This document shows, one piece after another, positions 12,930 to 25,843 of a stretch of 64,000 bases of DNA. The position numbers and the translations under genes were made by a program. The stretch lies in NCBI RefSeq assembly GCF_964355755.1, contig NC_092679.1, positions 15,917,432-15,981,431 on the forward strand, in the 5' to 3' direction. The DNA comes from Antedon mediterranea (lineage: Eukaryota > Animalia > Echinodermata). A model generated the notes under the pieces. The model was not told the DNA's origin. It ran no database searches and was given only the letters and a program-made list of their open reading frames with translations. The stretch's first letter is position 1. Each line of letters begins with the position of its first letter.

Positions 12930-15900
12930 TGTGCTTGTTTTTCTCGGTAACACTCAGCCAGCCAATCTAAACTGACATTCAATGAACATAGACGTGTGCG
13001 CCTTACAAGCGGCCAGTCTGATCTGTTCTCCAAGTTTCTGTAAAATTACAGTTTCTGTATACTGAAATCTGTGTGTTTGATGCCACATCGAACTTTTCCT
13101 GGTTATTACTGACCGTTGTATGTATTTGTGAAGATAACATCGTTGGTCTACTAGCGAAACTAATGTTCCGTTTTCCTAGGCCAGTTTCGTTTGCCTGTCT
13201 ACTCACATTCCTGTGCAGTCAGCCTTCGCGGTCAGCCGTATCCACGGTTCATTCAACATTCTTTGCCGGATTTGTCAACTACGGTAGGCCTAGGATTGTA
13301 GTAGTCGGCTTACTTCACAGAACCGAATCGTCTTATCATAACGGGTGTTCATTGACTTTAATTCAACCTGTCAGTTCATCTATTGCGTCTATGATTTACT
13401 ACGATCGTGATGAACTTCTCAGATTATCAGGAAACTTAAAGTCATTGTTGACTCCATCAGAAATTGACACTATAAATCGTTTGAATATCAATGCCTTTAC
13501 CACATGCCGAGCATTCTCAACTCGAAAAACACATAGAGGAAAGAAGGCTGGTCGACGACGAAGCAAGCTTATCTCTGCCGCCACTGAACACATCTCTCAA
13601 CCTCGCAGACCTGTTTCCGTGGATACTGAACAATCTCGTAGTTCGAGTTCCATCTGTTTTGGACTGTGGAATGCGCGTTCTATAAGAAATAAAACTGTTC
13701 ACGTTTGTGATTTTATTTTGGATGTTGAATTAGACATTTTTGTAATTACCGAAAGTTGGTTGAAAGGTGATGCAAGTGACAACCACTTTATTGCGGACGT
13801 GAGTAACACCCTCCCAAATTTCGTGGTGTCACATGAGCCACGCCCTACAGGTGGACGCGGAGGTGGAATATGCATCATTTCGCACCGTGGACTCCAAATA
13901 ACACCAAATGTTTCAACAAGTTTCCGGTCTTTCGAACATATGGATATCAAGATCACTTCCAATTCATCTGTAATTAACTTGATTTCAATTTACAGACCAC
14001 CACCATCGACCAAAAACAAACTTACCTTTGACTTGTTCATCACTGAATTCTCATCACTTCTTGAATCAGTCTCTTGCACCAAAAACCTTCTGATAGTTGG
14101 TGATTTCAATATTCACACAGATGACCTCTTGGACAACAACACCAAGCGATTTGATGAACTGCTTTACACGAGTTGTCTTCATCAACACGTCCAAGGCCCC
14201 ACTCACGTTAGCGGGCACACACTGGACCTTCTAATCTCTCGAAAAAACGACAACATAATAAAACAAACCACTGTCAAACAAGGACTACCATCCGACCATA
14301 TGGCTGTCATCAGCTTTGTGGATTTATCACATCCTAAACAACCAACGCGGACAACCTCTTACCGCAAACTTCGTAACATTGATCTAAATTGTTTTGTGGA
14401 AGATATAATGAATTCCCCGCTCGTCTGCGCACCGGAAGATAATGTCTCCGATCTCGCTGACCAATACAATAATGTATTGCAGTACATCCTTGACCAACAT
14501 GCTCCGTTAACAACTAAACTGGTCACCATTAGACCACGGGCACCATGGTACACGAATGAACTCCGTGAAGCGAAGTGCGTCAAACGGAGATCAGAACGCA
14601 GAATGTTGAAATCTGGTTTGGATATCGACAAACAGAGGTACAAGTTGGAATGCAAAGCATATAAAGATATGCTAGATCTAGCAAAATGCAATTATCATCG
14701 CAATGAAATCGCTAATGCGGATGACAAGAACCTTTTCCGCATCATAAGTAAACTGTACTCGGTCGATTCTTCTCCTGTTCTGCCAAAACACACATCTTCA
14801 ATGGATCTCGCAAACCAGTTTGGCTGTTTCTTTAATGAAAAGATTCTGAAAATTTGCAAGAAACTTAACTCCATAAACACTCCACTAATAACTGTCAACG
14901 TCGACGAGTCATGTAATAGTAGTTTCGCTGAATTTGAGCAAATATCAGAAGATACGGTACGCAAAGTCATCGCTGAAAGCGCATCTAAGTCCAGTAGACT
15001 TGACCCAATTCCAACACGGTTACTAAAAAACTGCATTGACGCTCTACTACCGCATATCACTAAAATCGTCAACATGTCGCTGTCATCAGGTACTGTACCA
15101 TCTGCATTTAAATTGTCCCTCGTTATGCCACTGTTGAAAAAGCAAAATCTCGACTCCAACGTCCTACAAAATTATAGACCAATAGCAAATCTTCCCTTCC
15201 TTTTCAAAGTCTTGGAAAGAATTGCAACTGCTCAGATAAAAGCATATATGGATGAACATTTCCTGTTTTCAAAAGTCCAATCAGCCTACCGCCGCTTCCA
15301 CTCAACTGAAACCGCTTTATTACGTGTTACAAACGATCTACTACTTGCTTTAGACAAAGGTAATGAAGCGGTACTTATTCTACTCGACTACTCCGCAGCA
15401 TTTGACACTATCAATCATGATTTATTATTTCAACGTCTTCATAAAAGATACGGCATAAGCGGAACCGCATTGAAATGGTTTATTTCATATTTTGAGAATC
15501 GTAGACAAGCAATCATTGTGGGTGATTCGATGTCTGATGAGTTCGCTCTACCCTGGGGTGTACCACAGGGATCCGTAAAAGGTCCACTCGATTTCATCTT
15601 ATACACTGGACCACTCAGCAACATCATTGATTCCCACCCGGAAGTTCGTCATATGATCTATGCAGATGACACTCAACTATATTTAATCATGAAACCTACA
15701 CATCACTCTGAATCTGTTAACAGCCTTGAATCATGCATTGCAGATGTTCGCTCATGGGCCATTCAAAATAAACTCATGCTCAACGACTCCAAGACTGAAA
15801 TGATCCATTTTCATTCAAAGTTCCGTGAGGCATCATCATTTCCTTTGGTCCATATCGGAGATACTAGTGTCTCTACCTCCAGCTCAGCCAGAAATCTAGG

Positions 15901-16590
15901 CGTCCAACTAGACAACAGCCTCGGTTTAAAAGAACACATTCGTAATGTTTGCCGTGGTGCTTCCTTTGGAATTTACCAGATCGGCCAGATTCGTAAGTAC
16001 CTTGACAAAACATCAACTGAACGTCTTGTTCATGCTTTTGTTTCATCTCGTCTGGACTGTAATAACTCGCTTCTGTACGGCCTACCAACTTCTTATCTGT
16101 CTCCTCTTCAACGAATCCAAAATTCCGCCGCAAGACTTATCACTGGCACTAAACGACATGAACATATTTCTCCCGTTTTACGTGACTTACACTGGTTGCC
16201 TGTTGATCAGCGCATTCGTTTTAAAATCCTGTTGCTGACATATAAGGCCATCAACGGATGTGCTCCAGCCTACATATGTGACATCATTACTCCGTCAACC
16301 AACTCTTCGCTTCGTTCATCCAGCAGACTTCTTCTAAAACCTGGACCCCGTTCCAGAACTCGGTTTTACGGTGATCGTGCTTTCGCTGTCGCAGCCCCAA
16401 AACTCTGGAACACTCTACCACTCGAAATACGCTCATCAAAATCTGTTATCACATTTAAAACTAAACTCAAAACTCATCTCTTCAGAGAAGCATAATCGCA
16501 CGCTACTACTTGCACTGATCTTGGAAAACACAGCGCTTTGAAACCTTTGTCTCTTGCGCTTTATAAATGTTATTTATTATTATTATTATT
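12930..16590 (+). mobile_element. L2/CR1-group non-LTR retrotransposon (LINE), apparently intact, in SIPA1L intron 1 in antisense orientation
   Basis: Uninterrupted APE-RT ORF, short 3'UTR with the cagcgctttga...gcgctttataaat end motif, and a (TTA)n tail ending at 16590. The 5' boundary is approximate (composition shift); no TSD identified. Confidence 0.85.
13073..16495 (+). CDS. LINE ORF2: apurinic-type endonuclease plus reverse transcriptase (probable true start ATG 13391, MIYYDRDELL)
   Basis: APE motifs WNARS, ITESW, GDFN, TLDL, SDH; RT motifs YRPIANL, QSAYR..HSTET, LLDYSAAFDTI, GVPQGS, YADD; L2-type C-terminus LHWLPV..RI.FKILLL...RAF..AAP.LWN.LP. Confidence 0.95.
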   Translation: MFDATSNFSWLLLTVVCICEDNIVGLLAKLMFRFPRPVSFACLLTFLCSQPSRSAVSTVHSTFFAGFVNYGRPRIVVVGLLHRTESSYHNGCSLTLIQPVSSSIASMIYYDRDELLRLSGNLKSLLTPSEIDTINRLNINAFTTCRAFSTRKTHRGKKAGRRRSKLISAATEHISQPRRPVSVDTEQSRSSSSICFGLWNARSIRNKTVHVCDFILDVELDIFVITESWLKGDASDNHFIADVSNTLPNFVVSHEPRPTGGRGGGICIISHRGLQITPNVSTSFRSFEHMDIKITSNSSVINLISIYRPPPSTKNKLTFDLFITEFSSLLESVSCTKNLLIVGDFNIHTDDLLDNNTKRFDELLYTSCLHQHVQGPTHVSGHTLDLLISRKNDNIIKQTTVKQGLPSDHMAVISFVDLSHPKQPTRTTSYRKLRNIDLNCFVEDIMNSPLVCAPEDNVSDLADQYNNVLQYILDQHAPLTTKLVTIRPRAPWYTNELREAKCVKRRSERRMLKSGLDIDKQRYKLECKAYKDMLDLAKCNYHRNEIANADDKNLFRIISKLYSVDSSPVLPKHTSSMDLANQFGCFFNEKILKICKKLNSINTPLITVNVDESCNSSFAEFEQISEDTVRKVIAESASKSSRLDPIPTRLLKNCIDALLPHITKIVNMSLSSGTVPSAFKLSLVMPLLKKQNLDSNVLQNYRPIANLPFLFKVLERIATAQIKAYMDEHFLFSKVQSAYRRFHSTETALLRVTNDLLLALDKGNEAVLILLDYSAAFDTINHDLLFQRLHKRYGISGTALKWFISYFENRRQAIIVGDSMSDEFALPWGVPQGSVKGPLDFILYTGPLSNIIDSHPEVRHMIYADDTQLYLIMKPTHHSESVNSLESCIADVRSWAIQNKLMLNDSKTEMIHFHSKFREASSFPLVHIGDTSVSTSSSARNLGVQLDNSLGLKEHIRNVCRGASFGIYQIGQIRKYLDKTSTERLVHAFVSSRLDCNNSLLYGLPTSYLSPLQRIQNSAARLITGTKRHEHISPVLRDLHWLPVDQRIRFKILLLTYKAINGCAPAYICDIITPSTNSSLRSSSRLLLKPGPRSRTRFYGDRAFAVAAPKLWNTLPLEIRSSKSVITFKTKLKTHLFREA

Positions 16591-19500
16591 AAACTCGGCC
16601 ATAAAAAGGTTTGAAAATTTGAATAATTTTGTTATAAATTAGTCATAAAATGAAAAGTTTACATTTAACTAAAGAGGATGGATACATTTTTAATATTAGT
16701 GTACACATTCTAAAGGTCATACTATAAAATAGATCACGATATTGCAGTTTTACTGTCTAAGCATAAATTGGCCAGCGTTGAATAAATTTGACAAACAACA
16801 AAGTTAATCACTCATATCTATATTGTTTGTTATGATGGTATCTTACGAACACGATCGTACCTTTGGACTACTGACCCAAAATTACTGAGGGGCTGAAGTT
16901 TGGAAAGGACCCAAATGGGGATCTGTCCATCCAGGCTCTGTCATCTCTGTATACAGTAATTCAAATTTTAGCATCTCAATACAATAATAATTTATATACT
17001 ATTAAGCTGGACTCAAATTAATTAAAACTGGATATTTGAAATAATTTATAAAATTTAATTTTAATACTTGTTTTAAGCGTTTTTCACATAATAAATAATT
17101 GATTAAATTTTGCTGGTTTATTTATTTTTTTTATTCACAGTCTAAGTGGAAATATAATTAAACTACAGCAACTGGCTTTCCTTCTGATGAAGGTTTGGTT
17201 TTATTTTTGTTGTGCAATTAATTTTGTATTTATGTTTTACTGTTGATTGTAATTCAGTTTTTTATATTAAATTATTAATAATATATTTACAGTACAGTGC
17301 AGCATGTACTGTATAATACATTTTTTACCTTGATTTCTAAATAAACATCCTAATAAATGACTATCAATTACAAAATAGTTTATCCATACTGTAAATTGGT
17401 GAGTTACTTGCGTATGAAATAAAAAACAAACAAGCATATTAAAATGTACACTTACTGTACATTAATTATTATTATTATTATCCAGGTAAGCTAGACACGA
17501 AAATAGATATAATATTTTTTCATCCCGTGTACAAACTTGGACGCAAAAGAAATATTAAATACAGTAAATTAAACTATCGGATGATTTAGACATTAGCTAG
17601 TTTTTCTTCACAGTTGAATGGATTCTAGGCAAAAACTGATTATGTCAGCATTCAACGTATGGCTGCAGCAATTTAGCAAAGAATAGGCTGGTTACACGTT
17701 GAATGGCCACTTTGATGGGATTAACATACCAAACCAGACAAACCATAGTTAAGTGAATAATAATGGCAATGTATAGTACAGTTATATTGACAACACAGTG
17801 TTTGAATTCATGGATGTGTTTTAATTAGTATAACAATCTCATGGACTGGGCCGAACAACAATTAAACAAATTAAAAACTAAATAAAATACAGTAGTACAA
17901 GGGTGTCAATTGAGGTCAATATGTTAGTGTTAGCGATAACATATCCTGATCAGTGGAACAGGATCAAGGAAGATGGAGCTATTCAAATTGGGCATTACCA
18001 TGCAGACTGCGATTGATTCTAATGGTTACTGTAGCTCCTAATCAGCATTACAATCCACTAATCAGGGTAACACAGAGGTCCCTGGTTTAGTTCCACTACG
18101 TGGCCCTCAATGCCTTTTTCTTTCTCTGAGCCTTGCTCAGGAGCCTCCATAAGTTCTGAAGCCTTGGGTTTAGCCAGTGAGCGGTCATACGCTAGTTGCT
18201 CTGCCACTGCCACTTACAGTAGTGCGAACAAGGCCTTAGACTCTCAACATTTTCAAAGATTTCTATAGTGTAATAATACTACAGTATGAATGTTGCTTAG
18301 TGATAACAATGTGACATAAACCTTAAACAAACAATCCTACAGTAACTCAAGGAGGTGACAAATCTCCATGCATCATATCATGTACATTGTATTATGTTCA
18401 TAATCTGTTTAAATCAGGTTTATCATAATGTGAATAAAAACCTGATAATCTGTATGTAAATAGAGATTGCAGGATATTGAATGACGTGCTTACTAAATGC
18501 AAGTTACCTGTACTAGCGTCGGGGAGATTTGTCATAAAGGTATGTCCGGCTAAATATTGTCGAACGCGCCCAAAAATTGGACGCAATCAGGACAAATTAC
18601 TGGCGTGTCCGAGGCTTCAGAATTGGGCGACATTTATGGTCAGCACTGTCCACTTATAAAAGGGTTCAATAACTTAATTTTAAAGTACATTTTTTCTTGT
18701 TTCCTAAAGTGAAGTCTTCTGTGCACCCCTACAGTACACTGACAATAGTCTATGCTATTGAATAACATTGCTATAATTTCTTGAATCTGACAAAATTTTT
18801 TTTTTTAAGTATTTACTGTAACTACTGTATAACTGTATTTTAGTAACATTTTAACTTTTAAAAATAGCAAAAATAGAACACCAAAATACAGTATATTTTG
18901 GTGTCCTACATTATTTTTGCCATTTGCTTTGCTAGATTTGTTTTGCTAGAAAGAAATTGAAATTTTAAAATAAAAATAACTGTCAAAATACCATGGTTTC
19001 ATTGTAATTGTATAAAAAATGAAATGAAAAGAAATTCACAAATCCTATAGTAGGAGGTTAAGAAAAGAATTTCAGAAACAGAATGTTCTGTGTAACCTTG
19101 CAAAATAATTGCAATGGAATTTTATTCACACACTCGGAAAATCCGTAAATTCTTCAACAAATTAGTCAAATACGTGGGTAGGCCCAGTACTTTAACTCCT
19201 AATGAAGAATGTCCTATCAAGTATCATACTGTGAGTACAAACATGACATCACAAAGATTTGGTAGACGTTGGCCTGATGCCCTCGTTTACTGTATTGTGA
19301 CTTTGTGGAGTAAACAGATTCATTGTCACTCAACCAATGATTAAACAAACATTGTGTACTGTATGACTAAGAAATTCCTAAAATTATGGAATATAAAAAG
19401 ATTGACCAATAAAAAGAAACAAATACTACAGAATAGGAAAATTCTTTGGTAGCTAAAGATTACATCAATTGTAGCAATTACGAAAGCCATTTTGAATATT

Positions 19501-22500
19501 GTTTTTTTTTTTCTAACTTAATGATTGCAGCTATTTCGTTAATTTTTTTTCTACTGTAGGCCTGGGCTATGGATTTTCCTAAATTGTGGATAATAAACAA
19601 TGGATTTATTTTTTTTCTTCAGTTTTCAGGGCCTATCTGGATCCTAACAAAACAACAAAAAAACCTAAATGCATGCAAATTCACTTATTACAGTTGAGTT
19701 AGCCTATCTGGGAAAATCCACAGACTTTAATCATTTTGGAAGTTTGTTTTTTTAATAATGCAGATCAAAACTCAATAAATCTTGTAATTTGTTATAAAAA
19801 TTAATTACCTGAGAAAGAATATGCTATTTATTCCATCAAAATTATACTTAGTAGATCTTTGGTAAAATTCATTCAGATACAAAGATCCTAAAATGAGTTA
19901 AGAACACATTGTACTATACTGAATGAGATAATTTGCATGCAAACAAACAGGTTTAGATCGTTTCAAATCATGCTTGAAATAAAAAGTAATTGGTATTAAC
20001 AAATTTGAAGTCAACACTACAACTATTAAGAACAAAATGTGCAACAAATAAAGGTAAAATGGTAGATAAAATTATGCAGGTTTTTGCATACTTTAATACA
20101 GTGAATGTATTCAGTGTTAATAACGTGTTATTTGATACTTTGTATGCATTATGATGGCAATCTTGGAAAAACTTGGTTAAATACAGTACTGTCAATTTGG
20201 TGGTTATGATGCATGACGTCTGCAAACTCCAAAGTCATGGGTTCAAATCCTCATTGATTACAGTACTGTACAGGATTTTTTTTAGGAGGCTTAATGAATA
20301 ACTGTTGATATTGTAAATTTAAGACTTGTATGCAGTTAAGTCGATATGACTGTCTTGGGAGATTTTTTTTTTTTTTAATTACAGTTTTCTCCTATTTTAA
20401 TGGAAAAAAATCTGTCACAGTTTATCGAGGTAAGCGAGGCACGAAATAGAAATGGTATCTTCCAACACAAATCAACAGTGATGGCGGATTTGTCTGTTGA
20501 TACAGTAGAGAGAAAATTTTAACTTTTTTCCCCGAAGAAAACAAGGGCTATTGTCGGTTTATCCAGGTTAGCTAGGCACGAAATTGAGTACTCTACTAAA
20601 ATTCTGTACAGTAGCACTCATCCGCGTACAAATCTACACATCTTTTTCCCATAAACAAAATAAATGGGTACAAATTATAAAAAGTGTCAAAAGAAGGTAT
20701 CATTTTGAGACGGCAACCTGTAAGCAACGTGGGAAAGTCACCAGGTCAAAGACATATCAAGGGAATCACATTAGGAACCAATGACTGCACCAATTAAGAA
20801 ATTCTTCAAAAGATTTACACAACCATAAAAAACAAAAACAAAGTAAAGTCTTTGTGATATCAGCCTTAGCTTGCAATGCATTCATTCATGTGAATGGAGT
20901 ATTGTTGTATAAATAGCTAAATTATTTTGCCAGGGTTCAACCAAGTGACATTTTAAGCAACTAAAATAACTTCTAATCCAGGGTGTTTACCCCAAATTTG
21001 AAATATCAATGTCGGTATATATATACGGTACCCACAATAGGGATTACTGACGGACTTCATACTTATTACTGTCAAGCTTTATTTATCTACTGTACACTGT
21101 TACTGGTACGTTAATTGGATCGAAATGTGAAATTTATATCCCAATGTTCTTACTAACAACCGAAAATGTCATTAGGGTGTTACATAGTTATTCATTAATT
21201 ATTCTCAATTTAAAATTCATTCTTCAACCCTACCCAACCAATTTGTCTTGGTATTTCAATGCTTTTGATGTTTGCTGTATTTTTATCTGATCCTAATTCC
21301 ATCACTTCTTCTCATCTACAGTACAGACAGTCTGTATGCTCAGTCATAGTTAGTATGTTTATACAGACTAATATTGTTCTTCTTCTTTCTAAAGGTTACA
21401 GTAGATCTAGGCACTTTAAGTCAACTTAAAGCTTGCATGTACATAACAATGTAAAATGCCAGTGTATATTTCAACCTTAATAATAAGTTTACACTGACTA
21501 TTATATCCCAGCTCGCTCAAAAACTAAAGTCTGCATGGGTGAAAGGATCAACTTGAAATTTCTGTATTAATGAATTGAAAAGTCATGGTATAAAAATCGC
21601 ATTAAAAAATGTAATGTTAACTTTAAAATAATATTTTGATACCAATAGAATTCATGGCATGCTTTGTACAGTAAAGTCAATGTACTGTATGACTGACTGC
21701 AAACTATACCATTACACGGTTACAAGTAAATATCATGTCTGAATAATTGAATTTGAAAACACTGTTATTGCCTAAAGCAGTTAAGAAATTCGGTATAGGA
21801 CCACGCATGTAGATTTCTTTATAAACTGACTGACTATCTACAGTGCTCTGGTAAATTAAATGTTGTCGCCAAAATTACAAAGACATCTACATTGAAGGTC
21901 AAGGGTTATTGTTCGGTAGAGCCCAAGTGCATGTGTCCCAGGCTATTGTTTAAAAGATCTAATCTAAAACAGCAATCAATAAGCTATACAGGGCTTATAA
22001 CACAAGCTTGTGCAACCACAGAGTAAAGTTAATTATAATGACTTCCTATTAATTAATATGTTATTCAAGATAATGCCTAGAACATATAGAACAGCAGTTT
22101 TTTTGCTCCTGAAAATGTGAAATCATTTTAAACGTGTTTGAGCACATTGCTTAAAATGAGAAAATAGAATAGGAACTATTACTAGCAATACACGAAATAA
22201 CATCAAGATCATATCATATCAAATTCCATACTGTAGACTATATAATTAAATAATCTAATGGTCTCATTTCACAAAATTGTACTGTTCCTTTAGGATAATA
22301 TTTATTTTATAGATTCATAGCATTCAATTTATCAAAATAAACATTTTATGTACTGGCCAATATAATCCCTTGTTGTTGAAAAATACGGTACCTTCAAGAG
22401 AGAACTTATAAACATCCGGTACAATACTGTAAATACTACTTACAAAATTGTAAATGTTTAATTTTCCGATCTTCACCGTTTGTTGCGATTAAACATCCCT

Positions 22501-22688
22501 ACAGTACCTATTAACTGTACAGTAGTACTGTACTGTATGACTAAAACAAAGTACATTATACGTACACAGTAGTACAATTAATATTTTAAAAACCTATATT
22601 TGTATTCATTAACTATATTAATTATAGTAATCATTATTTCAGAATGTTAATAATGTATCTTCTACAAATGTTCCCCATCACTTTATCT

Positions 22689-23130
22689 GGGTCATTCCAC
22701 CTCAATTCCATCAATGACTTACATCGTCGCATCATGGATTTTGCTTAAATTTGGTACGCAAAGAGAAAGCCGAACTACCTGTAGGCCTATATATTATAAT
22801 AAAATATAAGCTAAAATGTCATATTTCCTAATTTTCGTTATCAGTTAGCAAGATTTGAACAACTGAATTTTTCCGAGTTTTTGTGCAAAAGGGCGCAACC
22901 TCAGTATTTTAAGTTTAAATAGCAATAAATAAGGTATCATTGGATAATAAATTACAATAAAAATAGAGTTCTCATTGTTGATGGAACATTATATCATGTG
23001 ACAATGTAAAATTTCATTTTTGTTGTTGGTTGAAATGGCCTACTTGATATCTTTAAATAAGTTAACAAAAAAACCCAGATCTACAAATACTTTTGTCCTT
23101 GCTCATAAATAACCTTTAGCCATCACCAAA
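22689..23130 (+). mobile_element. Degraded terminal fragment resembling the Sola2-type end at 57826
   Basis: Starts gggtcattccac..caa..catc...ggattttgcttaaatttgg, similar to gggtcattccatgtcaa...cagattttgatcaaatttg at 57826. Right limit is uncertain. Confidence 0.4.
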
Positions 23131-23858
23131 TTTATCCTAATAAAATTCACAATATAGTAGTACTTTTTAAGTGCAGAAACTTTATCAAGTCTAGGCTTGT
23201 TAGCAATTAAAGAGGTCAAGATAGGAGCATGCCAAAGGCAGGTTCAATGCTTGTCTCTTGCTGGGAACGAGGAATGTCACTGGTGTCTTCTTCGTCATGC
23301 TAATTCCACGAGTGTACGGTAACAAAAAGGTGAAATTTGTACTTTACGTTCATGGAGATACAGTAAATCATGAAATTAAAAAACATATTTTTTTAAATAT
23401 CAATTATTTAAATTTGTAGAAAACTGTTTTGTGTTTTCCTTGTATTAGTACCAAATCTATCAATAAAGCTCAACAATTAGTAAAACAAAAATAAAAAAAT
23501 TACTGTAAAATTTAAGTCTTATTTTATTCTGGTTTCATGTACCATTAGTTACTGTACATTACAATGTAGGTAAATCAAAGTGCAGTAGGATCAGTAGTAC
23601 AGTACCAAAATAAAATTTGACCCAGAATTAATTGAAACTACCGAAATCCTAATCAATGGCTGAAACCATTATAAGGACAGTCAAATAAATTCAATGCCCT
23701 GGTCCATGGCCAGCCTTAAATACAGACTTTTCAAATTATTAAATTTTATGTCACATTCATAAAGGTACAGCCCCCACTAATTAATAATTCGGTATCTAGG
23801 CTACTATCATTACGATGTGGTGGGATGAAAATCATTTGAAATGCTCTTTACTTGAAAA

Positions 23859-24329
23859 CTGTTTCTGCTGCCAAGAAAATACCGTATTTAATACCGTATT
23901 TTATTGGCAGCAGAAACTGCGCTCATAAAAAAAATACCGTATTTTGTATACCGTATTTTCCCCACAAAATTTGTGGATAAAATATGGTATTTACAAATTT
24001 ATACCATATTTTTTTTACCCATTTCTGCTGCCAATAAAAAATACCGTATCTGCGAAAGCAGTAACATTGCAAAAGACAATAACTCGGGGAGGAAACGAAT
24101 TACTTGTCCCCATTACGATGTTTTCTGTGCTCTCACAACATCTGTGTCAATAGGGATAGGCTGTTCCTTTATTGCGACTTTTAATTATCGACCAAATAAA
24201 TGAATGGCAATTTGGGTAAAAATGATGAAATTTAACACGATCACCGAAGAAGTATTGTTAGCAGAAACGGGGTACTAAAATTTAATACCGTATTTTATAC
24301 CGTATTTTGAGCAGTTGCAGCAGAGACAG
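23859..24329. mobile_element. MITE-like element with internal TACCGTAT repeats
   Basis: Inverted ends ctgtttctgctgc / gcagcagagacag; multiple taccgtat(t) motifs near both ends. Confidence 0.55.
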
Positions 24330-24559
24330 GTCCTATGACTGGCCTATCTTTAACTTTTACAAAGGCAAACGTTTAAATTATCCATTTATAAAATTCCCAC
24401 GGCACCAGCAGGTTGACTGAGCCTACAGAATACAATACATGCTCTTTCTCAGGCAGGCAGCCTACAACCAAAAATAAGTTGGGCCTAAAACATCACCACT
24501 CCTAGACCACTTCACTACAGGCTTTAAATATCAATTTTTTAAATGTTTTCAATTATAAA

Positions 24560-24810
24560 CAACTTACCTTATCTATGATAAATAATGAGTTCCGTTATAT
24601 TAATAATTTTATTGAAAATCCACAGTATTTACGATCAAAGTAAAACATCTGATTACGTCGACCAAAACCCAAAAGGTGTTTTTAGGTAGTGAATGCCACT
24701 TCCGGTTGAAAACATTGTTATCACGTGACACAAACAAGGTTTAAACTAGTACGCGTTTAGCCAATGGAAAAGCGTAATATAAAGATATACACATTGTGAT
24801 TGGCAAATAT
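24560..24810 (-). promoter_or_regulatory. Probable SIPA1L promoter and non-coding exon 1
   Basis: Strong minus-strand donor AAG|GTAAGTT at ~24566, ETS site cacttccgg (~24697), E-box tcacgtga (24721), two CCAAT boxes. The link to the 4905 acceptor (~19.6 kb intron) is inferred. Confidence 0.5.
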
Positions 24811-25843
24811 AATCTTTTCTAACAACTCCTAACATTGCAGATCTAACACAATATGCAGTTTCTGCAATCTCACGTTGGTGGCGATATGTATAAAAACCAA
24901 GAAAAGAAGTCATATATACTTTATTGTCCATTTAAAAAACAGAAATGTGATTTGAAAACTGGCAAAATACAAAAATATAAAATACAATTTACAAAAACAC
25001 ACACAAAAAGTTAAGAGGCTAAAAATTGTTAAAATTAGATAAAAATTATCGGTTACAATTACATTTTACCTTTGTACTCTGGAGTTATATAAGAAGAACT
25101 GTATCGATTTATTTGGCCTTTATTTAGGGTAAAATAAATAATTATTACAAGTACTAGTACACAATAGACACATTCTACTGTATAAAATTTAGTTTATTTG
25201 TTAAAAATATTTAGATGTTCTTATATCCAAAAACGTTTTAAGTCTCAAAGTGCAAAGAAATTGAAATATGGAAAGTACATTTATAAATATAAGTCTTTAA
25301 TTCCTCGTGTACACCCGTAATTATTATTTAGAATTATACTATATAAATTTATAAATTAAATTAATAACCTTGTTCAATAAATATTTGTAATTGTAAATTT
25401 TAATTAAAGCTTGTAGTTAAAAACAAATTACAGTATTTTGTAAAATTTAATTCAGTTCAAATTGTAAATTACTTAAAAATATATTTGATGTAATCACATA
25501 CAAATATGTACAAAACACAAAAATATTAGAAACAGATAAGATCATTTTTAAATTTGATTAAAGAAATATTTTACTGAAACAGTAAAATTGATTCCACACA
25601 AGGTTGTATAATGAACAAATGCTAGGTCAACAAACATATTAATATACTACTAATAATTATAACAAGATGAGGTAAACAAAAACAATCAACAAAATATTAA
25701 ATATTATAACATACCAAATATAAATACTGTATATCAGTATGAATAAATATATAAAAATATAGTTAATACTATATATTATATTAAAATATAATAATATATA
25801 TTAAAACAATTTTAATATAAATTCGAATTTTACTCCAAAGCCC

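Noticed and set aside
12930-13100. HDV-like ribozyme at the LINE 5' end
   Set aside because: I could not build the nested double pseudoknot by eye; it would need an RNArobo/Infernal search.
13003-16238. Antisense and alternate-frame ORFs overlapping the LINE
   Set aside because: Shadow ORFs of the RT frame with no recognisable motifs.
17183-17200. Other CTGATGA words as hammerheads (also ~905, ~10092, ~41843, ~63805)
   Set aside because: No stem II plus GAAA plus stem I arrangement.
18100-18190. Similarity to 61500-61560 (ctctgagcc...ttagccagtgagc)
   Set aside because: Short, decayed repeat fragments with no definable ends; not classifiable.
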